The position numbers were made by a program, and so were the translations under genes. A model generated the notes under the pieces. The model was given only the letters and a program-made list of their open reading frames with translations, was not told where the DNA came from and ran no database searches. Below, one piece after another: positions 54,867-64,000 of a stretch of DNA of 64,000 nt. Source of the DNA: Brachyspira murdochii (GTDB lineage Bacteria; Spirochaetota; JAAYUW01); assembly GCA_020722965.1 (NCBI GenBank), contig DYJT01000011.1, forward strand, positions 4,554 to 68,553, in the 5' to 3' direction. The stretch's first letter is position 1, and every line of letters starts with the position of its first letter.

Positions 54867-55907
54867 TTAGCCATATAATTCCTTGAAAAGGTTATAAAGT
54901 TCTTTTGATTCCTCAAACATGTGTAATGTAAAAGCTGCATGTCCTTTTGTATAGCCGTTACCTATTAACATCACTACATCTTTACCGACTCCCTCGGCTC
55001 CAAGAGCAGCCTTTGTAAAAGATGTCGCCATTGAGAAGAAATAGATAACACCATCATCTCGTGTAGTCAGTATTGATGCCATTTCGGTATTAGGAATATT
55101 TACGGTATTGATAGTTACATCTGCTAAATTACCATTTGAAGCCTTTGTAAATTCTTCTAAAACAGCCAATGGATTCGTAGCGTCAACACAGATAACTTCA
55201 TCGCAATATCCAAGTTTTTTAAGTCTTTCAACCTTATTTGGAGAATGACCAAGTCCTACTACTCTTCCATTTACTCCAGCTCTTTTTTTAGCTTCATATG
55301 CACATAAAATGCCAGATTTACCTGTAGCACCTATTATAAATACAGTGTCACCAGGTTTTACTAATTTTGCAACCTGTGGTGCTGCTCCAGCGACATCCAA
55401 AGCTGCCAACGCTACTGTTTCAGGAATATTATCTGGTATTTTAGCCCAAATTCCAGATTCAAATAGGATAGCTGTCCCATCAATATCTACCTGTTCTTTA
55501 TCTTTTTTAACTTTTAAGATTTTGTTTATCTTTAATGGGGTTGTAGATAGTGAGACTAAAGAAGCAATCTTATCACCAACTTTTAAATCAATTTTCCCCT
55601 GTAAATCAGAGCCGATTTCTTTAACTTTACCGATAAACATACCACCTGAACCAGTTACAGGGTTATGCTGCTTACCTCTTTTAGAAACCGTATCGATAAT
55701 GATCTCTCCTATTTTTTGTTCATCCTGATTTGCCTGCTCTTTTATTTGAGTAAATGAAGCAGAATCGACATTTAAAGTTATCACATCGCATAATATTTCA
55801 TTAGAGTATATTTCCATATCATTATCAATCTTCCATGCAGCCTGCGGTAAAACTCCTTTTGGCTCTATGACTCTATGAGAACCGTATTTATCACCCTTAC
55901 CTTTCAT
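54867..55907 (-). CDS. kdd: L-erythro-3,5-diaminohexanoate dehydrogenase
   Basis: 346 aa. The N terminus KYGSHRVIEPKGVLPQAAWKIDNDMEIYSNEILCDVITLNVDSASFTQIK and later blocks (NPVTGSGGMFIG, GNGYTKGHA) match my memory of Kdd from lysine-fermenting Fusobacterium and Clostridium. Confidence 0.75.
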   Translation of the reverse strand: MKGKGDKYGSHRVIEPKGVLPQAAWKIDNDMEIYSNEILCDVITLNVDSASFTQIKEQANQDEQKIGEIIIDTVSKRGKQHNPVTGSGGMFIGKVKEIGSDLQGKIDLKVGDKIASLVSLSTTPLKINKILKVKKDKEQVDIDGTAILFESGIWAKIPDNIPETVALAALDVAGAAPQVAKLVKPGDTVFIIGATGKSGILCAYEAKKRAGVNGRVVGLGHSPNKVERLKKLGYCDEVICVDATNPLAVLEEFTKASNGNLADVTINTVNIPNTEMASILTTRDDGVIYFFSMATSFTKAALGAEGVGKDVVMLIGNGYTKGHAAFTLHMFEESKELYNLFKELYG

Positions 55908-56034
55908 TTTTTACTCCTTTTCTTTATTAGTAATCAATTCTTGCTTTTTTTCAACAAAATTTTATTTTTGCTTAAGAATATTTGTTATTTTTGAATTTTT
56001 TTTAATTTTATATTACTAGTAAAAGGAATAATTT

Positions 56035-56472
56035 ATGGCAAAATTACAATTACCATTTGATATCAAAGACAAAATTTCCGAGTTAAAGCAGGAAATCTTA
56101 AAAAGAGTAGATTATTCTTATGCTCCATATTCCAATTTTAAAGTTGTTGCTGTACTTTTAACTAAAAAAAGCATCTACTATGGTGTAAATGTTGAAAATA
56201 GAAGCTTTGGACTTACAAACTGCGCCGAAAGAAGTGCGATTTTTTCTGCTATTTCGAATGGAGACAAAGATTTTGTAGCAATTATGATTTATTCCCCGGA
56301 TTATGATAAACCAATACCTCCATGTGGAGCATGCAGACAGGTAATATCTGAATTTTCAGATAATTTGCCTGTAATAATGCTTTCGAAGGATTTTTCATTC
56401 GAAATTAAAACAATTGATCAACTTCTACCATTAAATTCTCTGGAAAATTTGAAAGAAAATTTAAAAAAATAA
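56035..56472 (+). CDS. cdd: Cytidine deaminase
   Basis: 145 aa with zinc motifs CAERSAI and PCGACRQ. Confidence 0.9.
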   Translation: MAKLQLPFDIKDKISELKQEILKRVDYSYAPYSNFKVVAVLLTKKSIYYGVNVENRSFGLTNCAERSAIFSAISNGDKDFVAIMIYSPDYDKPIPPCGACRQVISEFSDNLPVIMLSKDFSFEIKTIDQLLPLNSLENLKENLKK

Positions 56473-56792
56473 CTGGATAGAAATAAGCCGAATTCTGTTT
56501 ATAGGTTCATTTCTCTTGACTATAAATCATTTTATAGTTCTTGCGTTATAACATGGGAGAAATGGGGATTATATTCCCATGCTTTACTTGCTCCAGGTAG
56601 GGTTTACCAGATACAATAATTGTACTGTAAGCTCTTACCTTACATTTTCACCTTAACCAGGAAAATCCTGGATGTATATTTTCTGTGGCACTTTCCATGA
56701 GGTTTCCCTCCAATAGCCGTTAGCTACTACCTTCCCCTTTGGAGTTCGGACTTTCCTCCTGTTAAAACAGGCGAACCTTTTTCTATCCAGCT
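56473..56792 (-). ncRNA. rnpB: RNase P RNA, bacterial type A
   Basis: The minus strand contains GGAGGAAAGTCCGAACTCC (P4 5' strand), GTGCCACAGAAAA, GGTTAAGGTGAAAATGTAAGGTAAGAGC, GGTAAACCCTACCTGGAGCAAG and ACAGAATTCGGCTTAT. P1 pairs CTGGATAGAAA with TTTCTATCCAG. The ends are approximate. Confidence 0.9.
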
Positions 56793-56823
56793 TTATTTAA
56801 CTTATCTTTAAATAATAAGTTTT

Positions 56824-57534
56824 TTACAATACCTCTTCTTCAGAATAATAAAGCATTCTTGAACAATAAGGGCAGAAAATTATTTCTTTTTGGGCCCTAA
56901 CTCTATTAATCAGGGAAAAGGGTAATATCATGTTACATCCTGAACAGTAATTTTTGTATACAGGAACTATTGCTAAATCACCTTTATTCTGGAAGATTCT
57001 ATCAAACTTTTCTATTATTTCATCATTTACATTAGATAAAGTTTCATTTTTTTCTCTCTTCAAATTTTCTAATTCAATTACTTTTTTTTCTTTATTTTTC
57101 GAGATATATTCATCTTCTTCTATTAAATCTTTCTTCAAACCTTCAAGACTGGCTTCATCACTTTTAATAGCTTTTGCCTTCTTATGTTTCTGTTCTTCTA
57201 AATCTTCTATCTTTTTCTTGTAGTTATCTATCTGTAAGACAAAATCTTTTCTTTTTTCTTCTTTCTCATTTCTTGAGCTTGTATTTGTATTCTCATCTTC
57301 ATCGAGAGATTCAATCTCTTTCTTCTTTTCTTGAATAGAAATTGTCAGATTTTCGATCTCTTTTTCTATTTCAGCTATTTCTTGAAGAGAAACATTAATA
57401 TTTTTCTTTGTTTTATCTATCTTGTTTGCTATTTCCTCTCTTTTTAATGGCATAAGTTGAATTTCTTTTTCAAGTTGATTAATATTTTTCTGGATTTCCT
57501 GAGCTTTTATAAGATTCTGTATCGTGCTTTCCAT
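56824..57534 (-). CDS. Coiled-coil protein with a C-terminal C4 zinc ribbon (COG1579-type)
   Basis: 236 aa. A long K/E coiled coil is followed by CSGC-x23-CPYC (CSGCNMILPFSLINRVRAQKEIIFCPYC). Confidence 0.6.
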   Translation of the reverse strand: MESTIQNLIKAQEIQKNINQLEKEIQLMPLKREEIANKIDKTKKNINVSLQEIAEIEKEIENLTISIQEKKKEIESLDEDENTNTSSRNEKEEKRKDFVLQIDNYKKKIEDLEEQKHKKAKAIKSDEASLEGLKKDLIEEDEYISKNKEKKVIELENLKREKNETLSNVNDEIIEKFDRIFQNKGDLAIVPVYKNYCSGCNMILPFSLINRVRAQKEIIFCPYCSRMLYYSEEEVL

Positions 57535-57599
57535 TAATTATCTCCTTTTCTATTGTATAACTAATTGTAATGGGTATTAAATATAACTAAAAATTTTGA

Positions 57600-59423
57600 T
57601 TAATCAATACTATCTTTGAATTCCGATATTTTACTCTTTCTGTTTGGGTGTTGTAATTTTTTTAATGCCTTTGCCTCAATCTGTCTTATTCTTTCTCTAG
57701 TAACATCAAAACGAAATCCTACTTCTTCCAATGTTAAACTTGCACCATCTCTTAGCCCAAAACGATATTCTATAACTTCCTTCTCTTTCTGAGGTAAATC
57801 TTGAAGAAGTTCATATATTTTCTCTTTTAACAACTTATATGTAAGATTTTTTTCAGGAGAATCACCTTTAGCATCGACAATAAAATCAGAAAGCTGTGAA
57901 TCCTCATCTTCTCCAATCGGGGTTTCCAGCGATATTGGATCTTTCATTATAGCTTGAACCTGTTTTAACTTGAATACAGGCATTTCTAATTTCTCTGAAA
58001 GTTCTTCTAATGTTGGTTCTCTCCCATATAATTGTAAAAGATTTTTGCTCTCCTTTAATACTCTATTCATCTGCTCAATCATATGAACAGGCACCCTTAT
58101 TGTTCTAGCTTGGTCCGAGATAGCCCTTGTGATTGCCTGCCTTATCCACCATGTAGCATATGTTGAAAATTTATAACCTTTTTTATATTCGAATTTCTCA
58201 ACTGCCTTAATTAAACCGATATTACCTTCCTGAATAAGATCAAAGAAGTGTAATCCTTTATTTGTATACTTTTTAGCTATGGAAACTACTAATCTTAAAT
58301 TAGCCTGAACAAGTTGTTCCCTTGCAGATTTTATTTTATGTTCACCTTCTTCTATTATCTTAAATTTCTGGATAAAATCATCTACATATTCACCGGTTTC
58401 GATCTGAATCTTATCGAAATCCTCTTTGTTTTTCTCTATTATTTTTTTTAATTGCAGCTGTTCTTCGAAACTTATTTTATATTTATCTGTAATATCCTTT
58501 ATAACCTTAACTTTTGTAATTATTCCACTAGAAGATTTATAACTATCTAGATTTACCTTTTCATAAACCTGCTCAATATATTTCCTAGTTCTTTTTCTAC
58601 AATCCCTATATAAATCATTATATACATTTAACTTCTCGATTATATTTGATAATTCTCTTTTTGAAATCTTTAACTTCCTAAACTTTCTCGCAAATTTATC
58701 ATAATTTCTCCTCAATTCATCCTGATCTTCCTCTGTGAATTCATTGGCATTTAATACTTTCTCTTCTACAAGCATTAAAATATCACCAAAACTTTGCTGA
58801 TAAAGCCTTGTGAGATCATAAAGATTTTTTTCAAATTCTTTCCTCTCCTTGTTCCCTTCTTCATTATCCAGTATCATATCGAAATCAAAAACAGAATATA
58901 TATCTATATTTCTACGGTTTTCAATGATGTTTTCTTTGAAGTATTTTAAGGTGTAAAACATGGTTAGAAGGACCTTAATGACCTGTTCTTTCCCTTCTTC
59001 TATCTGCTTGGCAAGTCTTATCTCTTCTTCTGGGTTTAATAGAGAGACTTTTCCTATCTCTTTTAAATATAAACGGATTGGATCATTTGGTAGAATTGCA
59101 AAATCTGTCTCAACATATTTTTCTTCAGGTTTGGTTTCTTCTTCAATTATTTCTTCTTCGTAAAAATCTTCAAATGCTTCCTCGTCAAGCTCAATATCAT
59201 ATTCTTTTCCCTGAATAAAAAAATCTAAATCTTCGGTTTTGGTTCTTTCATCAACTATTTCAATATTTTTAGAATTCAGGTAGGCTATTAAATTATCAAT
59301 CTCAGATTGGGAGATTATGTCATCTGGTAGATGATTATTAATTTCATCATAGGTTAATTGCCCAGTTTTTTCTCCTATTAAAATCAATTTTCTAAATTCT
59401 GGATAATTTTCTAAATCAAACAT
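57600..59423 (-). CDS. rpoD: RNA polymerase primary sigma factor RpoD
   Basis: 607 aa. Region 2 is [41 protein letters not shown], region 3 includes TIRVPVHM, and region 4.2 is [27 protein letters not shown]. Confidence 0.95.
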   Translation of the reverse strand: MFDLENYPEFRKLILIGEKTGQLTYDEINNHLPDDIISQSEIDNLIAYLNSKNIEIVDERTKTEDLDFFIQGKEYDIELDEEAFEDFYEEEIIEEETKPEEKYVETDFAILPNDPIRLYLKEIGKVSLLNPEEEIRLAKQIEEGKEQVIKVLLTMFYTLKYFKENIIENRRNIDIYSVFDFDMILDNEEGNKERKEFEKNLYDLTRLYQQSFGDILMLVEEKVLNANEFTEEDQDELRRNYDKFARKFRKLKISKRELSNIIEKLNVYNDLYRDCRKRTRKYIEQVYEKVNLDSYKSSSGIITKVKVIKDITDKYKISFEEQLQLKKIIEKNKEDFDKIQIETGEYVDDFIQKFKIIEEGEHKIKSAREQLVQANLRLVVSIAKKYTNKGLHFFDLIQEGNIGLIKAVEKFEYKKGYKFSTYATWWIRQAITRAISDQARTIRVPVHMIEQMNRVLKESKNLLQLYGREPTLEELSEKLEMPVFKLKQVQAIMKDPISLETPIGEDEDSQLSDFIVDAKGDSPEKNLTYKLLKEKIYELLQDLPQKEKEVIEYRFGLRDGASLTLEEVGFRFDVTRERIRQIEAKALKKLQHPNRKSKISEFKDSID

Positions 59424-59553
59424 ATTAACTTATAACCCCTTGATTTATATATCTTCTTAAAATTTTTAACTGTTTTAAACTTAAAATCTGTTACTGTTTC
59501 AATAAAAATTATACATCAAATAAAATTAAATTTCAATATTTAAGAAAAATATT

Positions 59554-61329
59554 TCATTCGTTTTCTTCATTTTTATATATTTTTTTCCTGTATTCTTTAA
59601 GTTTCTGAATAGATGAAATTAAAAACTGCTTTTTCTCTAAATATTCATGAAGTTCTTTTTTTCTATCCTCGGCTTCCTTGATTTTTATGTTTAACTGATC
59701 TAATTGATTTTCAAGTTCTCTAAGCTTAAAAAATGATAGGTAATCCTCAAATATTGACTGTCTATTTTTAAATTCTTTCAAGTTATTCGAATACATAAAA
59801 TTTAATTCATCTTCGGATAATTCATTTCGCAAAAAAGCCTGCCTATCATTATAGTTTAGGCTGATAAGAGCCTTTTGATAAAATTCAGAAGCCTTTTTGG
59901 AATAAAATGAATCTGGTTTTATGTACTGCCGCGCAATATTAATAAAATCTTCTGAATTAATTATAAAGGCAACAAATTCCATTTCGAGTTTATAAACTCC
60001 ATCTGAATGTTGAGAATTAATTATCTTAATATTTTGAATATCTTTAAAATCCTTTTTAGATAAGTACATATTTAATATTTGGTATTCTGAAAACACACCA
60101 TCTAGATAAGCTGCTCTTTTAATTAATATAGATGGAATGATATCATCTTTTAAGCTATTTAAAAATACAAAGAAATCTTTGTATGCTTTATTTATATCTC
60201 TTCCTTTATAATTTAAATATAACTTATTTCTTATTAAAGTGTCAAGCCCTGAAATTGAATTTTCATCTAGATATCTTTCAAAAAATTCTTTATCAACATC
60301 TTTTTCTCTTATGAATTGATCTATATCTTTAACATTTGTAGGTAGTTTTATAATCTTTATGTCTGAAAAATATTTTACTGCAAGTTCAATAGAACTTAAT
60401 GTGGCTTTTTGTCCAGCTTGATCCATATCGAATAAAAGGAAAAGATGGGAAAATTTTCTGCCGAGAATCTGTAAATGATATTCTGTCAGTGCTGTACCGA
60501 GTGGAGCTACAACATAAGGGATACCTATTTGGACAAGACTTAATAGATCAAAATAACCTTCTACTACAATTATCTTTTCATTTTCTTTATCTAATCTTGC
60601 GTTTGAAAAATTAAATAGAAGAGTTCCTTTTTTAAATAATTGATGTTCTGGACTATTTATATATTTTGGCTTTACATCATCATTCAAAGTCCTCGCACCA
60701 AATGCGACATATTCCTGATAATGGTTTTGAATTGGAATAATTAACCTATCATAAAAAAATGGATAGATTCTATCATTATTCTTCGCTAATAAACCTAATT
60801 GAAATAAAATTTCAGGATTTAAATTATATTTTTTATTTAGTTTTTGAAAAAATTGATAATCATTTCTTGATGCCCATCCAATTTTGTATTTTTCGATTAT
60901 TGAATCATTTATTCTTCTATTACGTAAATATTCGATCGCCTGCTTTGAATATTTAAGGTTATTGTGATAATAAAAAGTCGTTTCAGAAAAGATCTTTTTT
61001 ATTAATTCTTGTTTTTCATCGTCAAAACTCTCTTTTTCGTACTCAACTGGTATCTTTGCAAGTTCTGCGACCTTCAATACTGCTTCATAAAAGCTACAAT
61101 TATCGATCTTCTGAACAAACGAAAAAACATCGCCTGATGCCTGGCATCCAAAACAATGAAAAAGCCCTTTATTATCATCTATGTAAAAAGATGGCGTTTT
61201 TTCATTGTGAAAAGGGCATAAAGCCCTAAACCTGCTGCCTACTTTTTGTATTTTAATATACATTGAGACAATATCTGAAAGATTAATCGAACTTCTTATT
61301 TTTTCTATAGAGTCTTTTGTTATTCTCAT
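59554..61329 (-). CDS. dnaG: DNA primase DnaG
   Basis: 591 aa with zinc finger CPFHNEKTPSFYIDDNKGLFHCFGC. TOPRIM motifs are VVEGYFDLLS and LFDMDQAGQKA. Confidence 0.95.
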   Translation of the reverse strand: MRITKDSIEKIRSSINLSDIVSMYIKIQKVGSRFRALCPFHNEKTPSFYIDDNKGLFHCFGCQASGDVFSFVQKIDNCSFYEAVLKVAELAKIPVEYEKESFDDEKQELIKKIFSETTFYYHNNLKYSKQAIEYLRNRRINDSIIEKYKIGWASRNDYQFFQKLNKKYNLNPEILFQLGLLAKNNDRIYPFFYDRLIIPIQNHYQEYVAFGARTLNDDVKPKYINSPEHQLFKKGTLLFNFSNARLDKENEKIIVVEGYFDLLSLVQIGIPYVVAPLGTALTEYHLQILGRKFSHLFLLFDMDQAGQKATLSSIELAVKYFSDIKIIKLPTNVKDIDQFIREKDVDKEFFERYLDENSISGLDTLIRNKLYLNYKGRDINKAYKDFFVFLNSLKDDIIPSILIKRAAYLDGVFSEYQILNMYLSKKDFKDIQNIKIINSQHSDGVYKLEMEFVAFIINSEDFINIARQYIKPDSFYSKKASEFYQKALISLNYNDRQAFLRNELSEDELNFMYSNNLKEFKNRQSIFEDYLSFFKLRELENQLDQLNIKIKEAEDRKKELHEYLEKKQFLISSIQKLKEYRKKIYKNEENE

Positions 61330-61405
61330 ATATTATTTATATGTTTAATTTAACAGATATTTCTATCTTTGACTATTTTAGCAAATTATAATTCAATTAT
61401 TAAAA

Positions 61406-61996
61406 TTATTCAATCGAATCATCGTTGAAGATACTTTCTTCGACAAATTTACAAAGTTGATGTAGTAAAAAACCATGCATTTCCTGGATCTGTTCCACAT
61501 TTTCTGAAGGGCAACGGATAATATAATCACAATATTGTTTCATAATCCCACCATTTGACCCTGAAAGACCGATGGTAATTGCTGAATATTCCTTAGCTTT
61601 TTTTAAAAGATTTACTATAGATCGAGAATTACCGGAAGTAGATATTCCAATAACTATATCCTTTTCTTTGCCAATCGATTCGAATTCCCTTGAAAAGATA
61701 TAATCATATCCGAAATCGTTCGAAATTGCCGTAGCAATAGCAGTATTGTTTCCTAAAGCAATAGAGGAAATAGATCTTCGATTTTTTTTAAATCTAACAA
61801 CAAGTTCTGCAGCCGCATGTTGTGAGTCTGCAGAGCTGCCCCCATTACCAGCAAAAAAAATAGTCCTACCATTTTTGGCAGCAAAGCTGCATATTTTGGA
61901 AATTTCATTAAATTCTTTTAATAAATTTTTATCTTCTTTTAGTTTTTTGAAATTTTCAATATGTTGATCTATTTCTTCTATTATCAAGTCATTCAT
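61406..61996 (-). CDS. gmhA: Phosphoheptose isomerase (SIS domain)
   Basis: 196 aa with GNGGSSADSQHAAAELV and GISTSGNS motifs. Confidence 0.8.
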   Translation of the reverse strand: MNDLIIEEIDQHIENFKKLKEDKNLLKEFNEISKICSFAAKNGRTIFFAGNGGSSADSQHAAAELVVRFKKNRRSISSIALGNNTAIATAISNDFGYDYIFSREFESIGKEKDIVIGISTSGNSRSIVNLLKKAKEYSAITIGLSGSNGGIMKQYCDYIIRCPSENVEQIQEMHGFLLHQLCKFVEESIFNDDSIE

Positions 61997-62175
61997 AGCA
62001 ATCTCCTAATAAATTACTTATGAAAATCAAATGTAAAGGGATTTGCTTTTAGGCATAAATTGAGGTAATTTCCTAAATAAATTACTCATGAAAATTCAAC
62101 TGCCATAAATATATTAACATAATTTTTTTTTTTGTTTATATGAAATAGGAAATATTATATTTTAAAGGTAAAAAG

Positions 62176-62979
62176 ATGAATGAATTTTTAAATCCTGAAG
62201 ATATTAATGAAACTATAATTAACTTCACAAAAGATTATTTTAAGCAAAATGGCTTTGAAAATGCTTTCATAGCGCTATCTGGTGGTGTAGATTCCGCAAC
62301 TTCGCTGTATCTAACATCTAAGATTTTAAATTCAAATAATATTTTTGTGGCATTCTTCCCTTCCTCCATAACTTCTCAAGATAGCAAGAATTTTTATTTT
62401 GAAATGACAGAAGATTTAAAGATAAAAAATCATTATGAAATTAATATAGATGAATTTATTGAACCATTTATTAGGCAAGATAAATCATTAAATTACAGTG
62501 ATTATAAAAGCAAATTAAGAAAAGGCAATATAATGGCTCGCATTAGAATGATACTTTCCTACGATATTGCCGCTAAAAATTCAGCACTTGTTGTTGGAAC
62601 AGAAAATAAAACGGAATATCTTTTAGGCTATTCCACTCAATGGGGTGATTCCGCCGCTGCCTTTCATCCCTTGGGAGATATTTATAAAACAGAAGTTTTT
62701 AAATATGCCGAATTTTTAGGTGTTCCCCCTAATGTAATAAAAAGAATCCCCTCTGCCGAATTATGGGAAGATCAAGAGGATGAAAAAGAGATTGGTTTAA
62801 AATATGAGATTATCGATAAAATATTATATTACCTTTTTGAGAAAAATTTCTCTAAACAACAGCTACTAAATAATGGATTTTCGGAAAAAGATATAGATAA
62901 AATTATTGAATTAAAAACAAAAAGCGAATATAAAAGAAGATTACCTTTATCCCCATCATTTAAAAATATTAGGAAATAA
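62176..62979 (+). CDS. nadE: NH3-dependent NAD+ synthetase
   Basis: 267 aa with PP-loop LSGGVDSA, plus GTENKTEYLLGYSTQWGD and the C-terminal KSEYKRR. Confidence 0.85.
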   Translation: MNEFLNPEDINETIINFTKDYFKQNGFENAFIALSGGVDSATSLYLTSKILNSNNIFVAFFPSSITSQDSKNFYFEMTEDLKIKNHYEINIDEFIEPFIRQDKSLNYSDYKSKLRKGNIMARIRMILSYDIAAKNSALVVGTENKTEYLLGYSTQWGDSAAAFHPLGDIYKTEVFKYAEFLGVPPNVIKRIPSAELWEDQEDEKEIGLKYEIIDKILYYLFEKNFSKQQLLNNGFSEKDIDKIIELKTKSEYKRRLPLSPSFKNIRK

Positions 62980-63304
62980 TATCAATCTTGACTTAACTTT
63001 AAATTTATTTATTTCGGGTGGGGAAAAGTTGGAAAAATATTAAAAATATATTTTACATTATAATTTTAAACTTTTATTTCATTTTTAAAAGTAAAAAAAG
63101 GAATATATTCGATGATATGTTTTGAATTTTTTTGGTTTTAAAAAAATTATAAATAATTTTGTAAAGATCTAAAATTATATCTATTATAAGTTTAAAAATC
63201 TTATAGTTATAATTTAATTCTTTGAGACTATTCCTTTACTATAGCATTGTTTCTAAAAACAAATTGTTACAATAATTTAACATAGTTTTAGAATTTAAAA
63301 AATT

Positions 63305-63847
63305 TTATTTTTTACTTAGCATCTCATAAAAATATCCTATTATTGGATAGCCTTTTTTTATCCCAAAAATTGAAATAAAACTCATAATTATAACAAATTC
63401 AATAGGGTAAAATGTTAATTCCTTATCCCAAAGAATTTTAAATTTTCCATTTTCTATAATAAAAAAAATATTAGGAATATCGATACTCCATATTGCAAGA
63501 ATATTTAAAATTAAAAAAAATAAATCTTTTTTAGTTCTACATTCTATATTGTTTCCATAATTTTTAGATAAGATAATAATTGCTTTCCCATTAGAAATCA
63601 ATGCAAAAAAAATAAAAATAATATAATATAGAAACTTAAAAAATAAACAAAAATCAAAATATGAATCAAAACTTAATCTTATAAATTTATGAAATATTAA
63701 CAACTCATAAAATTTATTTGGATCTGGAAACCTTGTTGAGATAGTTAATAATACAACTAGTAACGAAATATAATATGGCAAAAAATCTATAAAAGGATAA
63801 CTCATATATTTTAACATTTTTAATTTGAATGTCAATTCCTCTTTCAT
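63305..63847 (-). CDS. Hypothetical polytopic membrane protein
   Basis: 180-aa ORF with about 5 hydrophobic spans. No family recognised. Confidence 0.4.
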   Translation of the reverse strand: MKEELTFKLKMLKYMSYPFIDFLPYYISLLVVLLTISTRFPDPNKFYELLIFHKFIRLSFDSYFDFCLFFKFLYYIIFIFFALISNGKAIIILSKNYGNNIECRTKKDLFFLILNILAIWSIDIPNIFFIIENGKFKILWDKELTFYPIEFVIIMSFISIFGIKKGYPIIGYFYEMLSKK

Positions 63848-64000
63848 TTAATCTTCTGCTCAATATTTTATAAATATTTTATATTATATAATATTAAAAA
63901 TTCATAAAATTAAAGAAATTTGTTTCTAGATAATAAAAATATTTCTATAAAGGTAATTGCTTCTTTATAAATTTTAAATTAGAATTAATTTCCTGTAGTA

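Noticed and set aside
55309-55728. + strand 139-aa ORF inside kdd
   Set aside because: It is an antisense shadow of the relatively GC-richer kdd coding sequence. Its product is Pro/Ser-rich and featureless.
1-64000. A window-wide look for CRISPR arrays, IS elements or transposases, rRNA, reverse transcriptases and toxin-antitoxin pairs
   Set aside because: I saw no regularly spaced 25-40-bp repeats and no transposase, integrase or RT motifs. I also saw no 16S, 23S or 5S signatures and no convincing small two-gene TA cassettes.

Overview
The window is a strongly AT-rich, densely packed bacterial chromosomal segment that uses the standard genetic code; its proteins are rich in N, K, I and F. 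I support about 55 CDS, two tRNAs (Ser-CGA and Arg-GCG), RNase P RNA and one TPP riboswitch. I found no rRNA, CRISPR array, transposase, integrase or phage gene. Housekeeping genes include recN, nadK, apt, aroK, recC-recB-recD, era, cdd, dnaG-rpoD, gmhA and nadE. An LpxL-family acyltransferase and GmhA suggest a diderm, LPS-making organism; I cannot name the taxon from the sequence alone. The best candidates for something undescribed are listed here. (1) A six-gene minus-strand operon (10403-17800) encodes a lipoprotein-like bitopic protein, a 995-aa protein (Cache-like domain, TM, poly-acidic linker, GAF-like end), a rhomboid protease with a Cys-rich tail, an MBL-fold hydrolase, AroK and a CYTH enzyme. 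The 995-aa protein carries a reiterated E-[LI]-P-x-[LI]-E-E-L motif. (2) An SbcCD-like nuclease/ATPase pair (37441-41326) has an ATPase whose coiled coil is interrupted by a membrane hairpin instead of a zinc hook. (3) A sigma-less STAS/anti-sigma-kinase pair (6791-7551) sits next to two apparently degenerate sugar-nucleotide enzymes. (4) A secreted protein (33153-34394) is built from G-x-Q-x-G-x-x-N repeats. Smaller oddities include orphan oadB and kdd genes, several convergent gene overlaps, an ORF tail that runs antisense through a tRNA, and short tandem or direct DNA repeats in intergenic regions. All family assignments rest on motif recognition by eye; no database search was run.
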